A stretch of DNA of 50,884 bases, from assembly GCA_016195465.1 (NCBI GenBank), contig JACPZO010000042.1, forward strand, positions 1 to 50,884. The letters run 5' to 3'. Every line of letters starts with the position of its first letter. Position 1 is the first letter of the stretch. Below the pieces are notes generated by a model. It was given only the letters and a program-made list of their open reading frames with translations, made no database searches and was not told the origin of the DNA. This document shows, piece after piece, positions 8,114 to 17,126 of this stretch. A program made the translations under genes and the position numbers. The DNA is from Nitrospirota bacterium (GTDB taxonomy: Bacteria > Nitrospirota > RBG-16-64-22).

Positions 8114-10318
8114 ATGGGTCACTCCGAAATTCTCACCCGGCTCTCCCGCTTGTGCGGCATTGCGCCGGAGTGGCACGACATCTGGGGGAATCGGCACGAG
8201 GTTTCGCCGGAGACGAAGAAGGCGCTCCTGGCGGCGATGGGCGTGCGCGTCGGGAGCGAAGCCGAGATCGCGGATCTGCTGAGAGAGCGTGAAGAACGGC
8301 CTTGGCGGCGGGTCCTTCCTCCTGTTCTGGTCCTGCGCGAAGGCTCATCGCCCGTCGAGATTCCCATCTCCCTTCCCCCGCTCAAGGCGGGCGATGCTTT
8401 CGACTGGGTGCTCACGCTTGAGGACGACCGTCAGGAGACGGGACGGTTCATCGCCGAGGACCTCCCCGTCCGCGAGGAGCGGGAGATCGGCGGATCGACC
8501 TTCACCCGCCGCGCGTTTCCCCTTCCGCTTGTTCCCCCCGCCGGCTATCACGCATTCCACTTGACGGCGTCTTCCGGCGATCCGGACCTTGCCGGCGATA
8601 TGCGCCTGATCGCGGCCCCGTCGTCCTGCTTCCGGCCGGGCGCGCTTGAAGGGACCGGAAGGGTCTGGGGGCCGGCGTTTCAACTCTACGGGGTCCGCTC
8701 CCGGCAAAACTGGGGGATCGGCGATTTCGGCGACCTCGGCGACGCCGTTGAATTCTGGGCGAAGCAGGGGGCGGGCCTCGTCGGACTCAATCCGCTCCAC
8801 TCCCTCTTTCCGCACGCTCCCGCCCATGCGAGCCCTTATTCTCCGTCCAGCCGCCTTTTCCTGAATGTGTGGTATATCGACGTCGACTCGATCCCGGAGT
8901 TCGCGGAGAGCGAGACAGCGCGAAAGCTCGTCAACGCGCCCGCTTTCAAGGCGCGGCTCGCGGATCTGCGAAGGCTCGATCTCGTGGATTACGAGAAAGT
9001 CGCCGCTTCGAAGAAAGAGGTACTGGAAGTGCTCTACGCCTACTTCCGGAAGACGCACCTTCGGTGGGATGACGCCAGGGGAAGGGCGTTCCGCAATTTC
9101 CAGAACAGCCAGGGGAAAGCCTTGCGCCTCCACGCGCTGTTCGAAGCCATCCAGGAGCATTTCCACCGCGAGGATCCGAGCGTGTCGGGCTGGCCGGACT
9201 GGCCCGAGGAGTACCGGGACCCCGGCGCCCCAGAGGTCGCGGCGTTCGCCTTGAAGCAGATCAAGCGCGTGGAGTTCTACGAATATCTCCAGTGGCAGGC
9301 CGACCTTCAGCTCGGCGAAGCGGCCCGCCGGGCCCGGGACGCGGGGATGGGGATCGGCGTTTACCGCGATCTCGCCGTGAGCATCGACGGCCGCGGCGCG
9401 GAGGCTTGGGCGAACCAGCGGACGTACGCTCTCGGCGCGAGCGTGGGCGCGCCGCCGGACGACTTCAACCTGAAGGGCCAGGACTGGGCCCTTCCGCCCA
9501 TGGTCCCGGATCGTCTGCGGGAAGCCGGGTACGCGCCGTTCATCGCCACGCTTCGGCGGAACATGCGGCACGCCGGCGCCCTTCGGATCGATCACGTCAT
9601 GGGGCTCATGCGTCTCTTCTGGATTCCGGAAGGCGCGAATCCCGCCGACGGAGCGTACGTCCACTATCCGATCGAGGAGATGCTGGGCATCCTGGCCTTG
9701 GAGAGCCGGCGCAACGGATGTCTTGTCATCGGGGAGGACCTGGGGACGGTGCCGGACGCCGTGCGGGCGGCCTTGGGGCCGATGGGCGTTCTGTCGACGC
9801 GCCTCTTCTACTTCGAGCGGAGCTGGGACGGGAGCTTCAAACCGCCGGGCGAGTACCCGGCCCAGGCCGCCGTGGCCGTGAGCACGCACGATCTCCCGAC
9901 GCTGTCGGGCTGGTGGCAGGGGGTCGATCTCATGCTCCGGGCTCAGCTCAACCTCTTTCCCAGCGACGAGATCCGGGACCCCCAGATCGCGGAGAGGGGC
10001 CTCGATCGGGGCCGGATTCTCGCGGCCCTGGAGCGAGAGGGTCTTCTTCCCCCCGGTGTCGGCCTGGACCCGGCCGGTGTCCCGGAGATCACGCCCGATC
10101 TGACGGCAGGCATTCACGCTTACGTCGCCCGGACGCCGGCCAGGGCGATGCTCGTCCAGCCTGAAGACCTCCTGGGCCGGCCGGAACAAGCAAACCTCCC
10201 GGGAACGACGGAAGAACATCCCAACTGGCAACGGAAACTCCCTTCCGATCTCGAAGACTGGGCCGGCGATCCCCGCCTGCTCCGAACCGCGGAAGCCCTT
10301 CGCCGGGAACGTCCCTGA
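8114..10318 (+). CDS. malQ: 4-alpha-glucanotransferase (GH77, long form)
   Basis: Start at ATG 8114 inside ORF 7559..10318. 'WGIGDFGDL', 'RIDHVMGL', 'GEDLGTVP' and 'THDLPT' are motifs of amylomaltases. Confidence 0.9.
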   Translation: MGHSEILTRLSRLCGIAPEWHDIWGNRHEVSPETKKALLAAMGVRVGSEAEIADLLREREERPWRRVLPPVLVLREGSSPVEIPISLPPLKAGDAFDWVLTLEDDRQETGRFIAEDLPVREEREIGGSTFTRRAFPLPLVPPAGYHAFHLTASSGDPDLAGDMRLIAAPSSCFRPGALEGTGRVWGPAFQLYGVRSRQNWGIGDFGDLGDAVEFWAKQGAGLVGLNPLHSLFPHAPAHASPYSPSSRLFLNVWYIDVDSIPEFAESETARKLVNAPAFKARLADLRRLDLVDYEKVAASKKEVLEVLYAYFRKTHLRWDDARGRAFRNFQNSQGKALRLHALFEAIQEHFHREDPSVSGWPDWPEEYRDPGAPEVAAFALKQIKRVEFYEYLQWQADLQLGEAARRARDAGMGIGVYRDLAVSIDGRGAEAWANQRTYALGASVGAPPDDFNLKGQDWALPPMVPDRLREAGYAPFIATLRRNMRHAGALRIDHVMGLMRLFWIPEGANPADGAYVHYPIEEMLGILALESRRNGCLVIGEDLGTVPDAVRAALGPMGVLSTRLFYFERSWDGSFKPPGEYPAQAAVAVSTHDLPTLSGWWQGVDLMLRAQLNLFPSDEIRDPQIAERGLDRGRILAALEREGLLPPGVGLDPAGVPEITPDLTAGIHAYVARTPARAMLVQPEDLLGRPEQANLPGTTEEHPNWQRKLPSDLEDWAGDPRLLRTAEALRRERP

Positions 10319-10321
10319 GCC

Positions 10322-10340
10322 CGTTCTGACCACCAGAACG
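10322..10340 (+). terminator. Hairpin just 3' of malQ (weak terminator candidate)
   Basis: CGTTCTG-ACCAC-CAGAACG, a 7-bp stem 4 nt after the malQ stop. Only a poor T tract follows. Confidence 0.3.
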
Positions 10341-10398
10341 CCGTTTGATCTCCAGGATGACGGTCGTCATAGCTACGATTCCGGTTTTGGTTGATGCT

Positions 10399-10407
10399 TG
10401 GTATAAT
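10399..10407 (+). promoter_or_regulatory. Extended -10 promoter candidate (TGgTATAAT) for the nap operon
   Basis: Perfect TATAAT at 10402-10407 with TG at -15/-14, in an AT-richer patch 130 nt upstream of napA. There is no good -35. Confidence 0.4.
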
Positions 10408-10535
10408 GATTTTGCTTTCCACCCGAAGACGATAACCCCTGATCGATCTCCCCCCGCTTCCCGGAGGCGCGAAGTGATTCCGCAATCCGAAGCATCCAGC
10501 GCGAGCTCATTCCCCCCGCCCATGGAGGTGTCCTT

Positions 10536-13061
10536 ATGATCTCTCGACGTGAACTCCTCAAAGCCACGGCCGTTACGGCGACACTCGCCGCCGCGGGCGC
10601 CGCTCCCCGAACCGCCGAAGCGAAAATCGACCTTCGCCAGACGGACCCCAAGACCGGGATCCACTGGGACAAGGGGGTCTGCCGTTTCTGCGGGACGGGA
10701 TGCGGCGTGATGATCGGGACGAAAGGGGGCCGGATCGTCGCCACGACCGGCGACCGGTTCGCTCCCGTGAACCGCGGTCTCAACTGCATCAAGGGGTACT
10801 TCCTCGCCAAGATCCAGTACGGCGCGGACCGCCTGACGATGCCGCTCATCCGGAAGAAGGGGGGAAAGTTCGACCACCACGGCGTCCAGACGCCTTCCTC
10901 CTGGGACGAAGCGTATGACCTGATGGCGACGAAGGCGCTCGAGATCCTGGAGAAGACCGAACCGGGCAAGAGGCCGGGGCTCGGGTTTTTCTCCTCGGGC
11001 CAGCACACGATCTGGGAAGGGATCGCCGCGACCAAGCTCTTCAAGGCGGGGCTTCGGTGCAACAACATCGACCCGAACGCCCGCCACTGCATGGCCTCGG
11101 CCGTGGCCGGGTTCATGCGCACCTTCGGCAAGGACGAGCCGATGGGGTGCTACGAGGACATCGAGCACGCCGACACGATCGTTCTCTGGGGCGCCAACAT
11201 GGCCGAGATGCACCCCGTCCTCTACTCCCGGATCGTGAACCGGAAGCTCACCGGCAAGGGGATCAAGGTCTACAACCTCTCGACCTTCTCCAACATGTCA
11301 GCCGATGTCGCCGACAAGGAGTTCATCTTCGCGCCGCAGTCCGACCTCGCCCTCATGAACGGGATCTGCCACCTGATCGTCGCGAACGGCCAGGTGAACG
11401 AGGAGTTCGTGAAGAAGCACGTCTCGTTCAAGAAGGGGAAGTGGAACATCGGGTACGGCCTCGAGGACGACTTCAAGTTCAAGGAGGAGGCCAAGGGCGT
11501 GGACTTCGCCGCCTACAAGGAGTTCCTCAAGGATTACACGCCGGAGAAGGTCTCTAAGATCTCGGGCGTCCCGGTGGAGGCGATCCGGGAGCTCGCGGCC
11601 GAGTACGGCGACCCGAACCGGAAGGTGACCTCCTTCTGGACGATGGGATTCAACCAGCACACGCGGGGATCGTGGGCCAACAACCTGATCTACAACGTCC
11701 ACCTGCTGGCCGGGAAGATCTCGGAGCCGGGCAACTCTCCGTTCTCCAACACCGGCCAGCCTTCCGCCTGCGGCACGGCCCGCGAAGTGGGGACGTTCTC
11801 CCACCGCCTTCCCGCGGACATGGTCGTGGACAACCCGGATCACCGCAAGCTCGCGGAGCAGATCTGGAGGCTCCCGAAGGGCTGGCTGGAGACGCCGGGG
11901 TTCGTCGTTCCGGGGCGCCACGCCGTGGAGATGGTCCGGGCCGTGGACCGGGGCGAGATCCCTTTCTTCTGGCACCAGGCGAACAATCCGTTTCAGGACT
12001 ACGCCAACCTGAACCGCTACCGGAAGGGGATCCGGAAGGACGGGCGCTTCTTCGTCTCCTCCGAGATATACCCCTGCCGCTCGACGGAACTCGCCGACGT
12101 CGTCCTTCCGACGGCCATGTGGACGGAGAAGGAGGGGGCCTACGGCAACTCCGAGCGGCGCACCCAGTTCTGGCGCCAGCAGGTGAAACCGCCGGGAGAG
12201 GCGAGGTCCGATCTCCGCCAGCTCGTCGAGTTCGCGCACGTCCTGGCCGAGAAGGCGAAGAAGAGCCCGAAAGCGCACGTCCGGGAGACGGGCGAAGTGC
12301 TGGCGGCGATCTTCAAGTTCGATCCCAAGGAGTATCCCCTTCCGGCCAAGCCGTCGGACGACTCGAAGACGTTCGGGTTCTACGTCGAAAAGGCGCTCTT
12401 CGAGGAGTACCGGAAGTTCACGCTCGTCACGAAGAAGGACTTGGCGCCGTTCGACACGTACCACGAGGTGCGCGGCCTCAAGTGGCCGGTCGTGGCCGGG
12501 TCCGAGACGAACTGGCGCTACAAGGAGGGGTACGACCCGTTCGTGAAGAAGGGCGAGGGATTTTCCTTTTACGGGAACAAGGACCACAAGGCCGTCGTCT
12601 GGCTCAACCCGTACGAGCCGCCGCCGGAGATCCCCGACAAGGAGTACCCGCTCTGGCTCTGCACCGGCCGCGTCCTCGAGCACTGGCACTCGGGCACGAT
12701 GACGCGCCGCGTCCCGGAGCTTCACCGGGCGTACCCGCACGCCGTCATGGCGATCCACCCCCAGGACGCGGAGAAGCTCGGCGTCAAGCGGGGCGACGTC
12801 GTGAAGATCGAGTCGCGCCGCGGCTGGATCCTCACGCGGGCCGAGATCGGGGGAAGGCAAAAGCCGCCCGTCGGCCTCGTCTACGTCCCCTGGTTCGACG
12901 AAGGGGTCCTGATCAACCGGGTGACGCTCGACGCCTACTGCCCGATCTCGGGCCAGACCGACTATAAGAAGTGCGCGGTCCGCGTGGCGAAGGTGAATCC
13001 CAAGGACGTCCCGGCCCTCGAGAAGAAGCTTCGGGACATCGGCCAGGCCGAGATCGCCTGA
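10536..13061 (+). CDS. napA: Periplasmic nitrate reductase catalytic subunit
   Basis: Tat signal '[22 protein letters not shown]', N-terminal 4Fe-4S 'CRFCGTGCG', 841 aa of molybdopterin-oxidoreductase sequence, GGAGGT RBS. Confidence 0.95.
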   Translation: MISRRELLKATAVTATLAAAGAAPRTAEAKIDLRQTDPKTGIHWDKGVCRFCGTGCGVMIGTKGGRIVATTGDRFAPVNRGLNCIKGYFLAKIQYGADRLTMPLIRKKGGKFDHHGVQTPSSWDEAYDLMATKALEILEKTEPGKRPGLGFFSSGQHTIWEGIAATKLFKAGLRCNNIDPNARHCMASAVAGFMRTFGKDEPMGCYEDIEHADTIVLWGANMAEMHPVLYSRIVNRKLTGKGIKVYNLSTFSNMSADVADKEFIFAPQSDLALMNGICHLIVANGQVNEEFVKKHVSFKKGKWNIGYGLEDDFKFKEEAKGVDFAAYKEFLKDYTPEKVSKISGVPVEAIRELAAEYGDPNRKVTSFWTMGFNQHTRGSWANNLIYNVHLLAGKISEPGNSPFSNTGQPSACGTAREVGTFSHRLPADMVVDNPDHRKLAEQIWRLPKGWLETPGFVVPGRHAVEMVRAVDRGEIPFFWHQANNPFQDYANLNRYRKGIRKDGRFFVSSEIYPCRSTELADVVLPTAMWTEKEGAYGNSERRTQFWRQQVKPPGEARSDLRQLVEFAHVLAEKAKKSPKAHVRETGEVLAAIFKFDPKEYPLPAKPSDDSKTFGFYVEKALFEEYRKFTLVTKKDLAPFDTYHEVRGLKWPVVAGSETNWRYKEGYDPFVKKGEGFSFYGNKDHKAVVWLNPYEPPPEIPDKEYPLWLCTGRVLEHWHSGTMTRRVPELHRAYPHAVMAIHPQDAEKLGVKRGDVVKIESRRGWILTRAEIGGRQKPPVGLVYVPWFDEGVLINRVTLDAYCPISGQTDYKKCAVRVAKVNPKDVPALEKKLRDIGQAEIA

Positions 13062-13068
13062 GGAGGGG

Positions 13069-13530
13069 ATGACCATGAGGCACGTGATGAACAGGGTCAA
13101 ATCGATCGCCGTCGTTCTGGCCGGAGCCCTGATCGCCGTTACCCCCGCGATCGCGGGCGCCGGGAGCGAAGCCCCTCTGATGAAGGGGGAGGCCCCGCCC
13201 GACTGGAAGTACGAGGGGGATGCGCCGGGAACGGGGAAGGTCCTCCCGCGGGGATGGGAGGCTGAGCCGGGCGTCACGGCCCCACCGCAGATTCCGCACG
13301 ACGTGACGGGTCTCACGATCGCTCCGGGAGCGAACTCCTGCCTCGGGTGCCACAACCCGCAGGTCGCGCCCGCGGTCAAGGCCAAGGCGGTGCCGGAGAC
13401 GCACTTCCGGACGGACCCCTACGATCCGGCGACGAAGCAGGCGGAGCTGAACGGCAACCGTTTCAACTGCCCGCAGTGCCACGTGCCGCAGGCGAACGTG
13501 AAGCCGCTCGTCAAGAGCGTGTTCAAGTGA
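13069..13530 (+). CDS. napB: Periplasmic nitrate reductase dihaem cytochrome c subunit
   Basis: Signal peptide and two haem sites 'CLGCH' and 'CPQCH'. ATG 13075 has better spacing to AGGAGG (13061-13066) and may be the true start. Confidence 0.9.
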   Translation: MTMRHVMNRVKSIAVVLAGALIAVTPAIAGAGSEAPLMKGEAPPDWKYEGDAPGTGKVLPRGWEAEPGVTAPPQIPHDVTGLTIAPGANSCLGCHNPQVAPAVKAKAVPETHFRTDPYDPATKQAELNGNRFNCPQCHVPQANVKPLVKSVFK

Positions 13531-13600
13531 TCTTCGCCCCCACCCTCGCCCCCCGTCAAGGGGGAGGGAAGGAAAGGTGCAAAGGGCCGCAATCTTGAAT

Positions 13601-13640
13601 CCCCTCTCCCCACCGGGGGAGAGGGCCAGGGTGAGGGGGA
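13601..13640 (-). repeat. REP-like GC palindrome (CCCTCACCC..CCCTCTCCCC..GGGGAGAGGGG family)
   Basis: The reverse complement closely matches 19874-19910. Stem is CCCCTCTCCCC / GGGGGAGAGGG. Confidence 0.7.
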
Positions 13641-13654
13641 ATCCCGGAGGCACA

Positions 13655-14641
13655 TTGGATCGCGCAGAAAGTCTCGAGGCGGGAGTCCTCTCACTGTTGG
13701 CCGCGATTCTCATTCCCGCCGGCGTCTCCGCTCAGTCTGTCTTGAAGCCCGTCTTCGTCCTCAAGGGCCACGAGGGGTGGGTCAACGCCGCGGTCGTGTC
13801 GCCCGAGTACGTCGCGTCCGGGGGGCTCGATGGGGTTGTTCGGATTCACTCCGTCAAGACGGGCGCGGCGGCTTTCTCGTGGACGCTTCCGAAGGGCCCC
13901 GACGGGAGCCCGTTCGTCATCTACGCCTTGTCTTTCTCGCCGGGCGGCCGGCACTTGGCGGTCGCTTCGTCGGACGGCAAGGTGAGGATCGTGGAGCCGT
14001 TGAGCGGCCGAGAGGTCGTCGTAATCGACGATCCCTCGCGCCACCCGTACAAGGCGGCCTACTTCCCGGACGGGAGGTCGCTCGCCGTCGGCGGGATCGA
14101 CGGGTACGTGCGCCTCTATCGCGCGGAGGACGGAAAGAAGATCGGCGACGTCAAGGCCCACGCCGACGCCATTCAGGCGATGGCCGTCTCCAGCGACGGG
14201 AAGACGCTCGTCACGGGGGGGCCGGATACGCTGGTCCAGGTCTTCCACCGTTATGGCGACGAGCTCCGGCACGCTCACCGGCTGATCGGCCACAAGGACA
14301 CCGTCACGGCGGTCGCATTCGGGCCGGAGCCGGGGGAGATCGTCGCCGGCGACAGGGACGGAAAGGTGAAGGTTTGGAACCTGGCCATGGGCACGGGCGG
14401 GGAACGGCCGCTGGCCACGTACGCGGAAATGCCGATCGGCGCGATCGCCTCGACCAGGAGGGCGGTCGTGGTCTCCGCCGGCCTTGGGGAGATCCATCTC
14501 TTCACCGGCGCGAAGGAAACCGCCCTGCTCAAGGGACACAGACAGGCCGTCACGGCCCTGGCCTTCTCCCCCGACGGATCGCGCCTTGCCTCGGGCGGAC
14601 GGGACGGGAACGTGATGGTCTGGAACGTGGGGAGGAAGTGA
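13655..14641 (+). CDS. Periplasmic WD40/beta-propeller repeat protein inside the nap cluster (NapL-like position)
   Basis: Repeated 'GH...V.....SPDG..LASGG.DG.V..W' WD-like units. I prefer TTG 13655 (GGAGG 5 nt upstream, then the signal-like 'LSLLAAILIPAGVSAQS'). The longer ORF from 13577 translates a REP element. Confidence 0.7.
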   Translation: MDRAESLEAGVLSLLAAILIPAGVSAQSVLKPVFVLKGHEGWVNAAVVSPEYVASGGLDGVVRIHSVKTGAAAFSWTLPKGPDGSPFVIYALSFSPGGRHLAVASSDGKVRIVEPLSGREVVVIDDPSRHPYKAAYFPDGRSLAVGGIDGYVRLYRAEDGKKIGDVKAHADAIQAMAVSSDGKTLVTGGPDTLVQVFHRYGDELRHAHRLIGHKDTVTAVAFGPEPGEIVAGDRDGKVKVWNLAMGTGGERPLATYAEMPIGAIASTRRAVVVSAGLGEIHLFTGAKETALLKGHRQAVTALAFSPDGSRLASGGRDGNVMVWNVGRK

Positions 14642-14931
14642 TGGACATCTCGGGCGTGCTGGCGCAGGTGAAGCCGGAGAAGGAGAAGGACGTGCTGCAA
14701 GCTCTCCGCGGGATGGCGGGGGTGGAGGTCCACGAGGTCCTCCCGGGCGGAAGGGTCATCCTCACGATCGAGACGGACACTCCCGACGACGCGCACGATA
14801 TCGCCGCGGCGATCCGCCGGCTTCCGGGCGTTCTTTCGACGGATCTCGCTTTCCACTACTTCGACGGCGAACAGGACGGTCGGCTCGATTCGACCCTGGT
14901 CGAATCGTTCGTCGAGAACGAGCGGGGATAG
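14641..14931 (+). CDS. napD: NapD-like nitrate reductase assembly chaperone
   Basis: 96 aa. The ATG overlaps the preceding TGA by 1 nt. 'ISGVLAQVKPEK....L..M.GVEVH......GRVILTIE' fits the NapD pattern and position. Confidence 0.7.
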   Translation: MDISGVLAQVKPEKEKDVLQALRGMAGVEVHEVLPGGRVILTIETDTPDDAHDIAAAIRRLPGVLSTDLAFHYFDGEQDGRLDSTLVESFVENERG

Positions 14932-14937
14932 GAGACC

Positions 14938-14969
14938 GGTGAATCGGTGAATCGGTGAATCGGTGAATC
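14938..14969 (+). repeat. GGTGAATC octamer tandem array (4 units)
   Basis: Exact 4 x GGTGAATC beginning 6 nt after the napD stop. It is followed by hairpin CCTCCCCTT-TGT-AAGGGGAGG (14979-14999). Confidence 0.95.
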
Positions 14970-15042
14970 GAAAAAACTCCTCCCCTTTGTAAGGGGAGGT
15001 TGGGTGGGGTAGACCGCGGGGGATCAATGGCTCGCGTTATGA

Positions 15043-15771
15043 GTGAAACGGCCCATGGAACGCCCTGACGAGGACACTTACGAGCGGCGGTTCGAGCGCG
15101 TGCGGGAGCACGTGGCCGCGATGAGCCGGCGGAAGTTCCTGGCCATTCCCGGGATTCTCGGATCGGTCATCGGCGGGGCGTTCGCCGTTTTCGAGATCGA
15201 GCTCCTCAAGGGGAAGAAGTTCCACCTGCGCCCGCCGGGGGCGCTGGCTGAGGAAAAGTTTCTCGCGACGTGCCTGCGCTGCGGCCAGTGCGCCCAAGCC
15301 TGCCCCTACAATTCCGTCCGGCTGGCCGCCGCCGAGGAAGGGATCGCCATCGGGACGCCTTACATCGAGGCCCGCCGTATCCCGTGCTACCTCTGCGAGG
15401 ACCTCCCGTGCATCAAGGCCTGCCCGAGCGGGTCGCTCAGCAAAGAGATCAGCGACCGCGGAAACGTGAAGATGGGCTTGGCCGTGATCGTCGACCGGCA
15501 GGCCTGTATCGCGCTCCAGGGGCTCCGTTGCGAGGTCTGCTATCGGTCGTGCCCGCTGATGGGCAAGGCGATCGCCCTCGAGTTCCGGCCCCACGAAGTG
15601 ACGGGCAAGCACGCCATCTTCGAGCCGGTCGTGAACTTCGACGCCTGCGTCGGGTGCGGACTGTGCGAGCACGCCTGCGTCGTGGACATCCCGGCGATCA
15701 AGGTCCTCTCGCTCGCCGACGCGAAGGGACTCATGGGACGACACTGCAGGATCGGGACAAGAATCGGATGA
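15043..15771 (+). CDS. napG: Ferredoxin-type subunit NapG
   Basis: Four Cys clusters 'CLRCGQCAQACP', 'CYLCEDLPCIKACP', 'CEVCYRSCP', 'CVGCGLCEHAC'. Tat-like 'MSRRKFLAIPG' suggests an alternative start at 15121. Confidence 0.85.
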   Translation: MKRPMERPDEDTYERRFERVREHVAAMSRRKFLAIPGILGSVIGGAFAVFEIELLKGKKFHLRPPGALAEEKFLATCLRCGQCAQACPYNSVRLAAAEEGIAIGTPYIEARRIPCYLCEDLPCIKACPSGSLSKEISDRGNVKMGLAVIVDRQACIALQGLRCEVCYRSCPLMGKAIALEFRPHEVTGKHAIFEPVVNFDACVGCGLCEHACVVDIPAIKVLSLADAKGLMGRHCRIGTRIG

Positions 15772-15806
15772 ATGGGTGAATGGGTGAGTGGGTGAATCGG
15801 AGAATC
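15765..15806 (+). repeat. Degenerate GG(T/A)GA(A/G)TN octamer array (about 5 units)
   Basis: GGATGAAT GGGTGAAT GGGTGAGT GGGTGAAT CGGAGAAT. The napG TGA (15769-15771) lies in the first unit. Then comes hairpin GGGCGAAC-CTTGT-GTTCGCCC, and two more GAAT(C/G)GGTG units near 15842-15855. Confidence 0.85.
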
Positions 15807-15867
15807 CCGTAGGGGCGAACCTTGTGTTCGCCCGAGTCGGGGAATCGGTGAATGGGAGAGGAAGACC

Positions 15868-16761
15868 ATGATCCTCCGTAACCCGGTGAGCGAGAAGTTC
15901 AGAAAATGGCTCGTGATCCGGCGGGCCGTGCAGATTTCCGTCGTCGCCCTCTTCCTCCTCTTCCCTCTCACGGGGCTCGCCTGGATCCAGGGAAACATCG
16001 GGGCGGCCAATCTCTTCGGCCTTTCGATCGCCGATCCCCTCTCCATCCTGGGGTCGGTCGTTGCGTCGAAGAAGATATACGTTCCCGCCCTCGCCGCCGC
16101 GGGGATCGTCGCCCTCTTCTACTTCGCCGTCGGCGGGCGGGCCTATTGCGGCTACGTCTGCCCGGCCGGCTTTTTCTTCGAGATCAGCTCCTCGGTCAGG
16201 AACCTCGTGCTGAAGGCTTTGTCGCGGCCGAAGCGATCCGGCTGGAACCTGGATCTCTCGCCGCACATCAAGTACTACACGCTGATCGGCGTCCTCGCCG
16301 TCTCGGCCGTCACGGGGATCATGACCTTCGAGATCTTCTCGCCCATCGGACTCGCAACGCGCGTGATTTCGAACGATTTCGTCGCGGCCAACCCAAACGG
16401 CCAGAATTTGGAGCGGTTCGCCGCAGCCGGTCCGAGCCTCGGCCTTCTCGTCCTCCTCGGGATCGCCCTTTTCGAAGCCGTCTTCTCGAAGCAGGCCTGG
16501 TGTCGGTTCGTCTGCCCGCTCGGGGCCTTCTATTCCCTCGTGGGCCGGACCTCGCTCCTTCGGGTGAAGATCGACCACGCCGACTGCGCTCTCTGCCTCA
16601 ACTGCCAGGCGGACTGCCCGGCCAAGTACGTTCTGGACCGGCCGCTGGCGAAGGAACAAACGTACATCACGATGGGCGATTGCACGAACTGCGGAAGCTG
16701 CATCGACGCCTGCCCGTCGGCGTCGCTCAAATTCGCGCTCCGGCTTCCGTGGCGGAAGTAG
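15868..16761 (+). CDS. napH: Membrane quinol-dehydrogenase subunit NapH
   Basis: TM segments plus 'CGYVCP', 'CRFVCPLG', 'CALCLNCQADCP', 'CTNCGSCIDACP'. GGAGAGGAAG RBS. Confidence 0.85.
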   Translation: MILRNPVSEKFRKWLVIRRAVQISVVALFLLFPLTGLAWIQGNIGAANLFGLSIADPLSILGSVVASKKIYVPALAAAGIVALFYFAVGGRAYCGYVCPAGFFFEISSSVRNLVLKALSRPKRSGWNLDLSPHIKYYTLIGVLAVSAVTGIMTFEIFSPIGLATRVISNDFVAANPNGQNLERFAAAGPSLGLLVLLGIALFEAVFSKQAWCRFVCPLGAFYSLVGRTSLLRVKIDHADCALCLNCQADCPAKYVLDRPLAKEQTYITMGDCTNCGSCIDACPSASLKFALRLPWRK

Positions 16762-16806
16762 CGTTCCGCCCGCGCAGGGGAGGAACTGCCCTTCGCCGGG
16801 ATCTTG

Positions 16807-16835
16807 TTGACCCAAGGGCGCGCAAGTGATATTCA
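16807..16835 (+). promoter_or_regulatory. Sigma-70 promoter candidate TTGACC-17 nt-(TGa)TATTCA
   Basis: -35 at 16807-16812, -10 at 16830-16835 with TG at 16827-16828, immediately upstream of the riboswitch-like leader. Confidence 0.5.
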
Positions 16836-16842
16836 TTTAATA

Positions 16843-16953
16843 AATTCTCCGAGCCTTCTTGGCTAAGGCCCGCCGGGCAGTGCGGGCTACGCGGGAAGGC
16901 CGATAGGGTGTTCCGGGAAACCGGGACGCCTCCCGACATTGGAAAGGAGAATC
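16843..16953 (+). promoter_or_regulatory. Probable molybdenum-cofactor (Moco) riboswitch
   Basis: Closing helix ATTCTCC (16844-16850) / GGAGAAT (16946-16952) sequesters the AAGGAG SD. 'CUCCGAGCC' 5' element with AGCC/GGCU hairpin, GCCCGC/GCGGGC hairpin, GNRA hairpin GUUCCGG-GAAA-CCGGGAC (16910-16927), and 'GCCUCCC..GGAAAGGAG' 3' element, as I remember the Moco motif. It sits upstream of a molybdopterin-binding gene and next to nap. Confidence 0.6.
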
Positions 16954-16971
16954 GTCATGACCGACACGAAA

Positions 16972-17008
16972 GGCCAGCCTTCGATTTCACCCGAAGCTGG
17001 CCTTTTTT
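16972..17008 (+). terminator. Intrinsic terminator/attenuator inside the riboswitch-controlled leader
   Basis: GGCCAGC(C)TTCG / CGAAGCTGGCC, 11 bp with a 1-nt bulge and 8-nt loop, followed by TTTTTT (17003-17008). Confidence 0.55.
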
Positions 17009-17126
17009 CTTTGGCTGAGGGTTTCATAAAGAATCCCTCTATCCCGCGTGGGGGAGAGGACGGGGCAAGGGGGACCGAGAGCGTTTCGGCGGGAGAGACC
17101 GTTTCTCGCCATCGTGGAGGAGCGCA

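Noticed and set aside
10345-10365. FNR/CRP-type site (TTGAT-N4-...) upstream of napA
   Set aside because: Only the left half-site (TTGAT at about 10345-10349) is present. The right half reads AGGAT rather than ATCAA.
13577-13654. Longer N-terminus of the WD40 protein ('MQRAAILNPLSPPGERARVRG')
   Set aside because: This stretch is the translation of the REP-like palindrome at 13601-13640. A TTG start with GGAGG and a signal peptide follows it.
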